From the NCBI RefSeq assembly GCF_009914755.1, contig NC_060939.1: a stretch of 64,000 nt of DNA; one strand, given 5' to 3'. The translations under genes and the position numbers were made by a program. Origin of the DNA: the human T2T-CHM13v2.0 reference genome, Homo sapiens. This document shows positions 1-15,343 of this stretch, piece after piece. The stretch's first letter is position 1; the number at the start of each line of letters is the position of its first letter. Under the pieces are notes generated by a model. It did not search any database, was not told where the DNA came from, and saw only the letters and a program-made list of their open reading frames with translations.

Positions 1-19
1 AAGAAATGTTTAAATTTAA

Positions 20-893
<874 letters not shown>

Positions 894-1315
894 TCAGAAT
901 TTCTATAATGAGCTTTTTTTTTTCTCTTGTAATACAAGTATTATGTTAATGTGTTTTAATTAAATATAAAGATACAAAACTAATGTTTTCAGTGATTTTT
1001 AAAAATTGGCCATAATCTTAATTCTATAACATCGTTTTGCATATTATCTTCACACCATTATTTCGCCATGAAATTTTTCATATATACTGAAAGCCTGAAA
1101 ATATATTTACTACCTAGATTCTATAATGAACATTTTGCTGTATTTACTTTACCATATATACATCAATTAATCTTATTTTTTATGCACGTCAAAGTGCAGA
1201 AATCAGTGCACTTCATCTCTAAATGCCTCAACATGCATATCATTAATAAAAGTTCTCTATTTATGTTTTTTTATTTTTGTAGTGTACACACAGTGAAATG
1301 CACAAATATTATATG

Positions 1316-2053
<738 letters not shown>

Positions 2054-2054
2054 A

Positions 2055-3260
2055 GATTTTGACAAATGCATACACACGTGTAATCTGCACTCAAATTAAG
2101 AGAATAATTCCATCTTCAGGCAGTTCCCTCATGCCTCTTTTCAATCAGTCCCCATTTCCATGCTGGCAGAGGCTTGCTATTAAATTTTATATAAATGGAT
2201 ATGGGGTGTACACTTTTGTGTCTGGCTTGGTTTTGCTCAGCATAATGTTTCTGAGATTCTTCTGGGTGGTGCTTATCAGTAATTCACTGATTTTTATCGT
2301 TGGGTACTATTCTGTTGTATAGATACACCCCAATTTTTTTTTCATTCATGTTTTTGGACATTTGAGTTGTTTCTGGTTTGGGGCTATGACAAACAAAGTT
2401 GCTGTAAACTTTCTTGTACAAGCCTTTTGTGAATGTATTTTACTTTTGTTGGGTAAATATCATGGCATAGAATGGCTGGGTCTGGCTGGGCGCAGTGGCT
2501 CACACCTGTAATCCCAGCACTTTGGGAGATCAAGGCAGGTGGATCACTTGAGTCCAGGTGTTTAAGACTAGCCTAGGCAATATAGCGAGACCCTGTCTCT
2601 ACTAAAAATACAAAGAAATAATAGCTGGGTGTGGTAGTGCACACCTGTGGTGGTCCCAGCTGCTTGGGAGGCTGAGGTGAGAGGATCGCTTGAGCCCCCA
2701 GGGGTCAGGGGGGAATTGGGGAGGGGGCATGCAAAGATTGCAGTGAGCTGAGATCATGCCACTGCACTCCAACCTGGGTGACCCAATGAGGTCTGTCTCA
2801 AAAACAAAAACAAAACAAAACGAAAAAGAAAAAGAAAAAAAAATTGCTGGGTTGGAAGGTATGTATACAATTATAAAATTAAAAATTGCCAGAATGTTTC
2901 CCTAAGAGGTTGTACCATTTTCCAAGCCCACCAGCCAATACATAGCTCTCTGATTGCTCCACATCCTCACCAACTTTTGGTGTTGTCAGTCTCCTTAATT
3001 TTCACTGCTTTAGTGGATGAGTGATAACTCATTGTGGGTTTTATTTGCATTTCCCTGATGATTCATGATGTTGGGCACTTTTTCACGTGCTTATGAATTT
3101 TGACAAATGTATACACATGTGTAATCCACACTCCAGTAAAGAGAATAATTCCATCCCCCCCAGGCAGTTCCCCTGTGCCTCTTTCCAATTAGTCCCCATT
3201 CCCATGCTTGTAGGAGCTCTTCTTTTGTGGTCTGTTCAAATATTTTTCTCATTTTTTAAT
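2055..3260 (-). mobile_element. Old L1M 3' region (interrupted by an Alu)
   Basis: Antisense L1 motifs: ttgctcagcataatgtttctgagatt, ggacatttgagttgtttc, ttgtaccatttt, ctcattgtgggttttatttgcatttccctgatg. Confidence 0.75.
2484..2842 (+). mobile_element. Alu (J-like) with G-rich insertion
   Basis: Alu dimer with mixed A tail; extra G-rich segment at about 2700-2730. Confidence 0.92.
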
Positions 3261-3652
3261 TTTTTTTTTCTTACTGAATCTAGAGCATGTTAACTTTTCA
3301 GGTGACAATAAACTTTACATACTATCCCCATTTGTATGCACAGTAATTGTTTTCTCTTCTTTTCAATAAATATTGTAACATCCCCTACTGTACCTTTTTC
3401 CTCCTAGAAAGCTAGAAACTGCATTTTTAAGTTCAGAAGCCTCCTTCCATTCTGAGACAGTTTTAAGAATTCTCATTTTTGGTGGCTGCTGATCAAATTT
3501 GGCAAAATTTTGTCTGTCACTATAAAATCTCAAGGGACACCTCAACTCCAAATCGTGCTTCAGTCTGCTGTCTTGAAACAGAGCAGAAAACAAGCCTCCT
3601 TAAACTTTGTAGCCCCACCCAATACCTACTCCAGTGGTTGGCATGGTGGTCA

Positions 3653-4009
<357 letters not shown>

Positions 4010-4249
4010 TTATATATCTGCTCTCATTTACTATTTTCTGGAGTGTGGTCCATTTCCTAAAAACCAATCTGTCGAGAAGTTTGACTCCATAATGTCAACA
4101 GAACCATGGGTTTATCCTCTTGTTTAAGACCCCTCACTGCAAAAACTCCATATTTCTGCCCCGCTTTGCCTGCTAAGGAATTGAATGGCAACAGCTTCGA
4201 GCTGATAAGTAGTAATAAGGACTGTGCCAGGAACCAAAACGATGGAGGT

Positions 4250-4360
4250 CAAGTCAAGTCAGTTAGGCACCTGTAGAATATGAATAGGGTTCAAGGAAGC
4301 CAGCAAGTCAAGTCAGGTAGGCACCTGTAGAATATGGATAGGGTTCAAGGAAGCCAGCAA
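4250..4360. repeat. 54-bp tandem duplication
   Basis: CAAGTCAAGTCAG(T/G)TAGGCACCTGTAGAATATG(A/G)ATAGGGTTCAAGGAAGCCAG twice (4250-4303, 4304-4357), two mismatches. Confidence 0.95.
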
Positions 4361-5316
4361 AGACAGGTTCTGTGACTGAGGCCCACAGGGGGATCTAGAG
4401 TGCTGAAGTGTGGGCAGCCAGACTCAGGCACTCTGCTGCCTTAGACAATCCGTGGAGCTCCAAGTGGTGAGCACGCCCACAGCCTCTTCTGGGAAAGTGG
4501 GCCCAGGCAGTTCTTTCAGCACAGTTGAGAGGGCCTATAAATTAAAGCAGGAGCCCCCTCACCAGATGATTGAAGCAAGGGTTGGTGTCCAAGCCAGAAC
4601 CTGACCAATCAGGGGGCTTCCTAGTGTTGGTGACCAACCAGCTTAGGCAGCTCATTTTTGCCTGGGTCATGCAGAGAACAGCAGAGTGAACTGAATGCCT
4701 GTGGCCCTGGAGCTGCCATCATATTTAGGTGATAGAGGAACCTTTGCTGCAGTTGTCCAAAACACCTGTTGTATGGTCTGGATGGGGCTTGGATGGTATA
4801 GTGGTGTTCCTGATTTCCCCCTGCCATCTGAATTCTAACAATGAAGTTTGGAACACTGGCCAGAGGTGACAGGGGACACCTGACTTATGTATCTGGAAAA
4901 TGGATGCTCAGTCAGTGAACTTCTTGCCAGAACTGGTCTGAGAGGGTGGGTGGATTGGAGACAACAGGCAGTGACTGCCATCTGTTCCTGGTTAGAACAG
5001 AGAAGTGAGGGTGTGGGGCTGCAGGAAGTTGGGCAGCCCTCAAAAGGAGAGGCCAGCAATCTCCAAAGACTCAGAGAAGACAAGCAGAACCCAAGACAGC
5101 CAGCATCTCTGTGGACATCCATAAGCACTGGAACAGAAAAATCTGGCTCTGTAGCCTGCCCTAGCCCTGCTGCACCAGCAGCTTAAAAATACTTCCTTCC
5201 ATGTATATGCTCAGGACCCTGAAGAGCAAAGCCTAGAGCTGTGTTGTCCAATATGATAACCACCTGTGTCTCTTTCCACTTAAATTAATTAAATATAATT
5301 AAAAGCTTCATTACTA

Positions 5317-5935
<619 letters not shown>

Positions 5936-6329
5936 TAATTAAGAAAATACATGAACGTTATAGCAGGAAAAACAAGGGCTATTTTCTACCCTTTTCACGT
6001 CCTCAACCTGCTGGGACCATGTGTGGTCCATTGGTAAGCAGTTGATGAACCTCCTCTTTTGCTCCCTGCCTGATAACTCCACTCCGCCTGCAGACTTCTC
6101 ATGAGGAAGCCAGAAGGATGGCTGCCCCTTCTTCCTGGGCCCCAGAGCCTGGAACTGGGGCATTGTTCTTTGTTCCACATTACTGCTTCCATGGCTCCTC
6201 CCTTCTCCTTCAAAGAGGCATGAGTGCCTCTTCGTTGCTGCATTTGGCTTCTGCATGAGTGAGGACTAGCTTTGATTCATTATTTTTTTTTCTATTACTA
6301 TTCCCATTATCATTCTCAGCAATGTCAAC

Positions 6330-7135
6330 AATCTCAAGGATTAACCTTCCAATACCTTGGCTTCTCACTTCTGCAACCTCCTCATCTCCAGTGAAAGTCG
6401 GCTCCTGTATGCTATGAGACACCTGCTCCCAGAGTCACATCCTTGACCTTCTCACTAACCCCAGCAACCCTTCAGCCCTAGCACATCTCCATCTGTTGAC
6501 CTTCCCCACCTTCTCACTATCAATGCTGACTCACTTCCCTCCCTAGCCAGCTTAGAACTCATGGTCCATCCTTACAGCCTTCTAAATGCCCTATCCTCCA
6601 TGGCCTGTGCTTTACTCATCAGAATCATCTGGCTAGTTAACGCAACTGTCTGCCTCCTTGGTGCCTGCACTCAAGCTGCTGAGCCATGGTGATGGGCCTC
6701 CCCTTAAAGTCATGCTCACTGGTCTCAAATAAGTGGGCATTTAGCCCTCCCATGCCTCCTGGTGTAGTTGTTTTCCCACCCCCAAAACAACTCTCATGCC
6801 TCCTGTCTCTCCTCAAACTTCCCACTCCCATTCTGCCCCTCTGTGCCCCCATCTCCCACTGATGACCTTGCCTCACATTTCCTTCAAAAGCCAACATGAA
6901 CTCTCCCATCTTCCCTCCACTGAATCTGCCCACCTACCTGTATCTACAGCCTTTCTCCTGCTCTCCTGTTATGAAGGATGAAGCGTCCTGTCCTTTTCCA
7001 AAGGCCAAACTTCTATTTATGTACTAGAACCCATGCCTCTGATTTTCTCCAAGATTCTCCCCCTCTCTCCTCTATCGTTGATGCCTCCCTCTCTACTGGA
7101 TCATTCCTATCAGCATGCATGGATGCCCTGTATCT
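6330..7135 (+). mobile_element. L2 fragment
   Basis: Pyrimidine-rich L2-like motifs, e.g. ctctctactggatcattcctatcagcat. Confidence 0.6.
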
Positions 7136-7579
7136 CCTGACATTCTGGGAGGTGAAGAGTAGAGAGAGGTGGTTAGTCCAAGGTCACACAGGCTTCCTAG
7201 CTCTAGCCTAGGATGGTACCACCAACTGTGCTGCCTCTTCCTATTTTTCAGGCATTGAAAGGAGCTGCTATTGATCTTTCACAACATCTAGTGTCCCTCT
7301 CTCCAGAAGTAGAGATCCATTATCCTTGTTCCTGAGGTTCAAAACATTTTTGTTGCAAGACATCTGTTCCCAGGGACTATGGAGAGACTGGTTTTGTCAC
7401 AGGCTTGGAAGTCTGGAGAACTGCAGAGATGAGTGGGAGGAGCGTGCTGGGCCTGAGAGCTGGATGCTTGAGAAAAGGTGTGAAATTAATCAAGCCAAGA
7501 TTTGGGTGAGATGAATCTTGCTGCAGTTCATTGTAGGCTGCACAAGACCTAAAAATTGAGGAAACAGCTCCATACTTTA

Positions 7580-7785
7580 GACCAGGAAGCTACGGGTTCT
7601 AATACCATTTGGTGCCTTCCTGGCTGTGTGACCTTGAGCAACTTAACATAATGTCTCTGAACATCCGTTTCTTCATCTGGAAAGTGGAAATCATTAATAG
7701 CTACTTCAAGTAGAATTCTGCTGTGAGAATTAAATGAGATCACATGTGTCAAGCTCTGGGCACATAAAGGGCACTCAATACAGAT
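7580..7785 (+). mobile_element. MIR
   Basis: gctgtgtgaccttgagcaa...gtttcttcatctggaaagtgg...tgtgagaattaaatgagat core. Confidence 0.8.
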
Positions 7786-8319
7786 TGGTTTTATCTGTAC
7801 TTCCTTATTGAGCCAGTTGGATTACCCAGGCAATTGTAGGTGTGTATAGACCAGGCTATCGGTCTACACTTTGAGACCTCAGAAAGTCTTTTTGCAAATT
7901 CTCTATCAAAACACTCCTGCCTCACTAGAGAGGCCACTATTTCTCCCACATTGACCCTTCCTACTGCCACTGCAGAGTTTTGGCAGGGGAATGCTTTATT
8001 TTGTGTTCAAAATAGATGTAACTATAGGCCCCAGGGCAATGAGGGAAATAATACAACAAACTATCGACTAAGACTGTCAAAGTCATTTAGTCCGCATCAC
8101 TGTTTTTATAGGACACAGAGGTGACTTGGCGACTACCCAGCTAGTTAGTTTCAGAGCTAGGATGAGAATCCAGGTCTCCTGACTCCTGAGTGCCTCACCA
8201 AAATGTGTAACACCTGCAGAAGGCCATCAGCAAGATTTAGGATACTCCCAGAGGGCAAATCCATTGCTTTTTATAACCAAGATAGTCCATGGAATGTATC
8301 ATGACTGTGGTGGTTGAAA

Positions 8320-8462
8320 CAAAGAAATTATTTAATGGATACAATGTATATTGTTCAGGTGATGGTTACACTAAAGGCCCAGACTTCACCACTATGTAAT
8401 ACATCCATGGAACAAAACTGCACTTGTACCCCTTACATTTATAAACAAACAAACAAAAACAA
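8320..8462 (+). mobile_element. L1 3' end (L1PB/L1MA-type)
   Basis: ggtgatggttacactaaaggcccagacttcaccactatg...aacaaaactgcacttgtacccc plus (AAAC)n tail. Confidence 0.85.
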
Positions 8463-8654
8463 CAGAGTGGATTTTGCTAATCTAAATTTTTAAAGGGAAG
8501 GGAGGAAAACTTCCAAGAAGCTTGTCTTAATTACCAAGGGCCATCGAAAATTTTGTTTTCTCCTTGTTACAGAAAATATTTGGGTTGCCTGGGATTCTTT
8601 ACCATACTTAAAAAAAAAAATAGAAATTTTCACTTTCCACTGCTCTTTCCCATC

Positions 8655-9381
<727 letters not shown>

Positions 9382-9590
9382 CCATCTTTCCATCATCTCA
9401 CAGCCTGTGAGATACACAGGTAGCTATTATCATCCCCTTTCTACAAGAGGTGTAAAAGATATGTGGATCCACATTTGAATTCTGCTTGCCACCTGTGTGA
9501 TGTTGGGCAGGTCAGTTAACCTCTTTGAGCCTCACTTTTCTCAGTTTTAAATGAGTATGGCCATATTAGCTGTGGCTATTGAGTTTAATG

Positions 9591-9751
9591 CAGCATTTCC
9601 CAAACTTCCCTCATGATGAGAATCCTCTGGGCATTGTTAAAATCACAAATTCCTGGGCCCTAGTCCAGGGCTACTGAACTAGAATTCCCAGGGATGAGGC
9701 CTGGCAGTCTGACAGGCCCCAGAGATTATCAGGGAAATTTGGGAAACACTA
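9591..9751. mobile_element. MER5-family hAT MITE
   Basis: Imperfect TIRs cagcatttcccaaact...aatttgggaaacacta; internal aattcctgggccc...ctactgaa. Confidence 0.7.
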
Positions 9752-12025
9752 GGTTGAGTTTTATAAAGCATTTACTGTTGTGTCTGGCACTAAGCAGCCA
9801 ATATTGAGTATTTAGATGGGTTCAATCTTTGAAATGTGGATAATGATGATTACAGAATAGGGTTATGATGAAACACAAGAAAAATAATGTGTAGTCCCTG
9901 GCAAACAGTAAGTTCTAAGTATCTGTTGAAGTCCTCACTTCATTGCACTCATCGGGACTCCCAGGATGAGAGGGGATCACCTGGAGGTTCGCTGGTTCTC
10001 TGTCATGGCTCTATCCAAGGGCTATGCCTCCTCAACTCCAGGCCTCCATCCTCTAGCCCAGCACCTCCCACGGGAAGATTCTTGTTTTCTAGATTCCAGG
10101 GAGCAAGCCTCATTTGACCAATTTGGGTTTCAGGTCCTTCCTTGTACCAGTCACTGTGGTTAGGATTTGGACTAGGCTGACTGGCCAGGACAAAATAACT
10201 TGCTTACCTAAGACCCAGAGGGATGGGGGCCAGCCCATCTGAACTTCAGGAATGGAGAATGGTCCATATCCATGTGAGTCCTTCCAGTGGTCCCTTGGAG
10301 GTGTTGCTAGGCCAAGAAAAACGGATGGTTGGCAGGCAGCCCCACAGACGTTCCTTGCGTCAGCTCTCCAGTTCACAGTCAGCCAGCAGACTCCAGATGC
10401 CTCAGTGACGCCGGAGCTTCTGGCAATCTCTCCTCTGCTAGTGCGACCACGGCCAGGCTTGAGGGCCTCAGTCAGATGACCCAGCCTTTGACCTACCCTC
10501 ATCTGTGCAACCATCTCCAGCCCCCTCCTTGGCCTGCTCACCCTTGGGCCAGCCTGTCCCAGGGGCCTATCCAAGGGCTGGACCAGGGACTTAGAGCTGC
10601 TGTTGTCCAAAGCTGCTTATTAGAGACCCACTGTGGGAATCCTTCCAACCATGAACAATGAGTTTCTAAACCAGGATAAAAACAGCCTTTGCAAGTCAGC
10701 AAATGAGACAAACTGAATTGCTCAACCCCCCTTCCCTCATTTGCCTGGTACTTTGAACACAGTGGCTAAGAACAAGGTCTCTGGAGTCAGAAGGATGTAG
10801 TTTTGAGGCCCTTCACTTACTAGCTGGGCTAGTTGTCTCACTTCTGAGCCTCGGTTTCCTCTGTGAAATCTATGAAGATTAGAGGAGGCAATGGATGGAA
10901 AGCACATGACACAGAGTAGCTCATAATCAAGAAGCATTGTCATTACTGTCCTCTCCAGGCACTGGTCTGCACCAGGAAATGTGCAGCCGTTCAGTGGTGA
11001 TCAATGTCAGATAGGACAATGTCAAGGAGCCAAATCCACTGTGAATATCAAGAACCTATGATGCATTCCAAAGCCACATAGAACACATACATGGCCATGA
11101 CACTCACTGTATCCTGTTCACTCAAGGCTCGGCTGTTTTCTTCCTGGAAGATACACTGCACTGTGTATCTTGTCGCTGCAGCTGGCCTCCCCCCACCCAA
11201 ACAGTACAGCTGTGGGTGAGATGGTGCAGAAGCCCAGGGATGGGAGTCCTGGGTTCTAGGCTTGGCTGTCACTCCCTTGCACGGCCACCTTGGGCACGCC
11301 ACTTGCCTTCTCTGGGCTTTGATTTCCTCTTTGGTCAAATAAGAGGGTTGCATGGGGTGACTTAGAAAAAGTTCTTCCCTCTCAAGGGTCTGTCCTGTGG
11401 CATTGACTAGCACACTGAGTGGTGAGACTTCCCTCGCTGAAGCCATGATGGTCAGGGTGAGGAACTACTGCAACACGCCTCACTCACACAAGTGGTCTGA
11501 TCTGGGGAGCAGGAGTCAGGATGTGGGAGGCACTTATGGTACGGGCAAGAGGGCTGGCTCTGGAATCGCACACCTGGTTAATTCCTGATGGTGCTCTTCT
11601 TCCTGGCTGTATGGCCTTGGGCATTACCCTCTAAGCCACCTGTGTAGCAAGGGTAATAGCATCTACATAAGGTGGCTGTGATGATTCGGTGAGATTAATG
11701 AGACGCTGCATTTGAAGGAAAGGGCCTAGCCCATAGCAAGAGCTCAGGAAAAGCCAGCCCTGCCCCTCTCTCCTCTCCTTTGTCTGAGCTTTCTGTGCCA
11801 CTAAGTTCCATGAATGAAAATAGCCCCAGATGGGCCTGGGTTTCATGCTGATTCCACTTCTTCCAAGTTACTTGACCTGTTTTCCTTATCTGTTAAATGG
11901 ACATATGATCTTCCTCAAGGGCTGACGTGAATGCTTGGCATGATTAATACAGAAAGGGTTCTCCTCCCTGAGGCCCATTAACATCAACCCATTCACCACC
12001 TTCCATTTTTCCTTCCATTTTGTAG

Positions 12026-12323
12026 TTCTTTCTTTGTGAGACAAGTCCTCAGCCTGTCATCCAGGCTGGAGTGCAGTGGGGTGATCATGACCCACTGCAG
12101 CCTCGACTTCCCTTGCTCAAGTGATTTTCCTGCCTCAGCCTCCTGAGTAGCTGGGACTACAGGCGTGCACCACCACGCCTGGCTAATTTCTGTATTTTTT
12201 GTAGAGACAGGATCTCACTATGTTGCCTATGCTGGTCTCAAGCGATCTCCTGGACTCAAGCAATGCATCCGCCTTGGCCTCCCAAAGTGCTGGGATTATA
12301 CGCATGACCCACCGTGCCTGGCC
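12026..12323 (-). mobile_element. Alu (J-like)
   Basis: Antisense Alu dimer. Confidence 0.92.
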
Positions 12324-13492
12324 TATAGTATTTATTGCTGTATCTGATACACCTGATCCTTAAAGACCCCATGGTGGGAAGTCAGGGCCAGAAAATCTGA
12401 GGCCAGACCACAGCATTTCTCAGTTTCACCCCACTCCCATGTTCTTTCACTCTGAGAGGCACAAGAACATGCCTGCCTAGTTCATTCTCACAGCCCAGAT
12501 GCTTAGCACAGCACTTGGGCCAGAGGAGGTCACTTCTCCATCCCATGCTTGGAACCACAGGTAGCTTGCTTCAAAGGGCAGTAGGTGCCAGGGTACCACC
12601 CAGAGGGTGAGGTGGGTCACGGGCTCTTCTGGAAACACTTTACACTGCTGGAATCACACAACAACTATAAGACATTGTAAGGAACTAGGGCTTGTTGTGG
12701 GTTCAAGGCTGTATAGAATGAATACATAAGAATGAGTATATGTGTACGTGTATAAACAACCACAGTAAATTGGCTGAACTCTTCTGGAAAACATGGAACC
12801 TTGTACATGAGCCTCATAAATGTTTTTAGCTTTTGGTCCAATGACTCTACTACTTCTAAGAGTTTGTACTAAGAACTCCACAAAAAGTATAAATAAGTAG
12901 TAATATAACAATATCCACTACAGGGGTAAGCTGGACATAATGAAAACATCTAACCATTTGGTTAGAATTAAGTAAATCAGAATATAGTTGATGGACTACT
13001 ATGTAGCCATTTAAGATACATGCTTTTGAAAATTAAAGAAACAGGGAAATGATTATAATACTGTTAAGTAAAGTAACAAAATAAAACACCATATGTAAAC
13101 CTCTGGGTTTGTGAAATAATTTGTTTTATAAACATTCCTGAGTTTTCAACCATACATTCTTTTTACAATACGACAAACAAAACAATGAAAGATATTCAAA
13201 ACAAGGTTCCAAGGTTGGCCCAACTTGATTGTTTGGGTACTTGTTTTTTTAGTAACTCTGTAACTTTTTTAAAGGAAGCTTTTAATGAAGATACACCACT
13301 GAGTCTTGCTTTAAGACCAAAAATATCCAAACATAGTATCACATTATATATATCTCATAAGAAAAGCTATTCTATCAGGTAACAAAAATGAAGCTTCCCC
13401 CTCACCTAGCAGTTCATCTGGAATGCATCTTGAAAAGATCAATGGCCTGTTGGACTCAAAGAAGCCATCCCCAAAAAAATTGTATAAAAAGA

Positions 13493-13498
13493 TTTATT
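13493..13498 (-). terminator. Second poly(A) signal AATAAA in ANP32A 3' UTR
   Basis: tttatt on + strand, followed by U-rich sequence on the transcript. Confidence 0.65.
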
Positions 13499-14463
13499 GA
13501 AATTTATCAATGACAAACAGACATAAAACTCAAAGTTTGGCTCTTCTGAGGGGCAGGAGAAAAACTGGTGCAGATGTTCTTTTATACAGATGAAACATGG
13601 GTTCAGAAATTACACGTCACTTCTAAAGCAACCAGAAGAGGGACACGAAAGCAAACCTGTACATTCACTAGGAATTTGCAGTCATTTCAGATTTCCACTA
13701 GGTAAGAAAATACAATTTTGCGTTAGTTTTTCCGTGCTCGGGTGTATGAAAAAAAAAACCCAGCCGACATGCAGCAACGTCTCCAGCGCTTAGGTCCGTA
13801 AAAATGTTCTAAGCACAGAAGTACATGTGGAAGAATTCTCTCATCATTTTTTGTAAAACAAAGCGTTCTAATATTTTACAGAACAAGATAGGACAGTTTT
13901 TTTTTTCTTTTAAAGAAGTTGAAGTTTGAAGGTGTGTTTCTTCTAATTTTAATTACCAAATCCATTTTCCTTGTAACTTAACACAACAAGCCTGCGGTTT
14001 TCAGCTCTCTGGCTCATAAGCTCAAGAGTAACATCAGAGTCCTCTTTGTAGAGCGAAGCCCACCACCATCTGTGAAGGGGGAAAAGGGATGAGAGATGGG
14101 GAATGTCCCCAGACCAGTGCCAAAATACGCCTTTAGGTTGCTATTTACAAACCAGGGCGTTGGATGCCTCTAGCAGGCCTGAGAAAAGCAGGTATCATCA
14201 TGTGAACCAAAGCAAAAGATATGGCTGGTGCTCAGCCCCTCCTGGGCATTGAGTAACCAAACTGAGACCAGCCACAGCCTTCCAACCAACCCAAGAGACT
14301 TGGGAAATACCAGGAAACGTAAGAGAACTCCAAACCATCCTCTTTGAGAGTCAGGAACAAATGCTCACTTAGTGTGTACTTAGCTATCGCATTTACAGGG
14401 ACAAAAACCGGACACAAAGAAAAAGTAGGGGAAAAAAATAAAGAGTGGCAGTAAAAATAGTAT

Positions 14464-14469
14464 TTTATT
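14464..14469 (-). terminator. Proximal poly(A) signal AATAAA of ANP32A
   Basis: tttatt on + strand, ~185 nt after the stop, followed by U-rich sequence (CTCTTTATTTTTTTCCCC) on the transcript. Confidence 0.75.
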
Positions 14470-14653
14470 CCACCCCCACCCGCCATCCCTCCCCCCGCAA
14501 CCCCCAGTACACTCTTCCCCTCTCGTTCCCACAGCAACGTTACAATCAGAAAAAAATAAGTTTCAGGGGGCAGGATTGGAGGGGGGGGGGAGAGGGGATA
14601 TGGGTAAAAACAGTCAAATCACAATAGGAATTTTTCAAAATAGGTTATTCCAC

Positions 14654-14715
14654 TTAGTCATCATCTTCTCCCTCATCTTCAGGTTCTCGTTTTCGCTTCT
14701 GACCCCTTTCTTCTT
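14654..14715 (-). CDS. ANP32A: ANP32A exon 7 coding part (KRKR NLS, stop)
   Basis: Acceptor TTCCAG|AAG; EEERGQKRKREPEDEGEDDD then TAA at 14656-14654; cumulative CDS is 750 nt. Confidence 0.97.
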
Positions 14716-14982
14716 CTGGAAAAGTAAGAAAGCGGCATTTAGATTAGTTATTAATCCCACCTCTTTAACTCAACCCACCCAGTGAGAAGTCAGGGGACCC
14801 ATGACTAGCAAGCTGTGCCATCCTTGGAAACCGAGGCAAGACATCTGCACAGCTGGAAGGGGAATCTGAGGCCTCTGACAGGAGTGTCCTGCCCACTGCC
14901 AGGGGCCTCTGAGTCTAAGCAATCTAAGGCCAAAGTGAAAGGGCCAGGCTGCTACCAGCTGAGAGTAAAAAGGCTGCCATAC

Positions 14983-15046
14983 CACCAAGCTCTTCTTCAT
15001 CTTCCTCGTCATCTACCTCTCCATCGTTATAACCTTCTTCATCCTC
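14983..15046 (-). CDS. ANP32A: ANP32A exon 6 (acidic region)
   Basis: Acceptor CCTAG|GAG, donor GTG|GTATGG; 64 nt; EDEEGYNDGEVDDEEDEEELG. Confidence 0.96.
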
Positions 15047-15193
15047 CTAGGAGAAAGGACAGACACCAGAACATTAGAAATGCCCTGCCTTGGGACATGC
15101 TGAGGAAGCCACACAGAGCACAAAAAGGCCGGGGTCACCCCCAGCCTCTCAGAGCCCCCACCAAGACTTGACATCTCGGGAGGAATGTAAAGC

Positions 15194-15343
15194 AGAGGTT
15201 CTTAATTTATTTCAGATCAAGGACTCATTGGGAAATCTGCAGAAAGCTTTGAACTCCTTCTCCAGAAAATGTCCGTATCATTTATAATATTTGCAAGCAG
15301 TTTCAGGGGGTTATGGATTCCAGGACCCAGGTTAAGAACTCTG
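15194..15343. mobile_element. hAT-Charlie-type MITE remnant in intron 5
   Basis: TIR-like ends cagaggttcttaa...ttaagaactctg. Confidence 0.55.

Noticed and set aside
4250-4360. Repeat array as CRISPR-like structure
   Set aside because: Two adjacent copies without spacers in human DNA; no cas-like ORFs.
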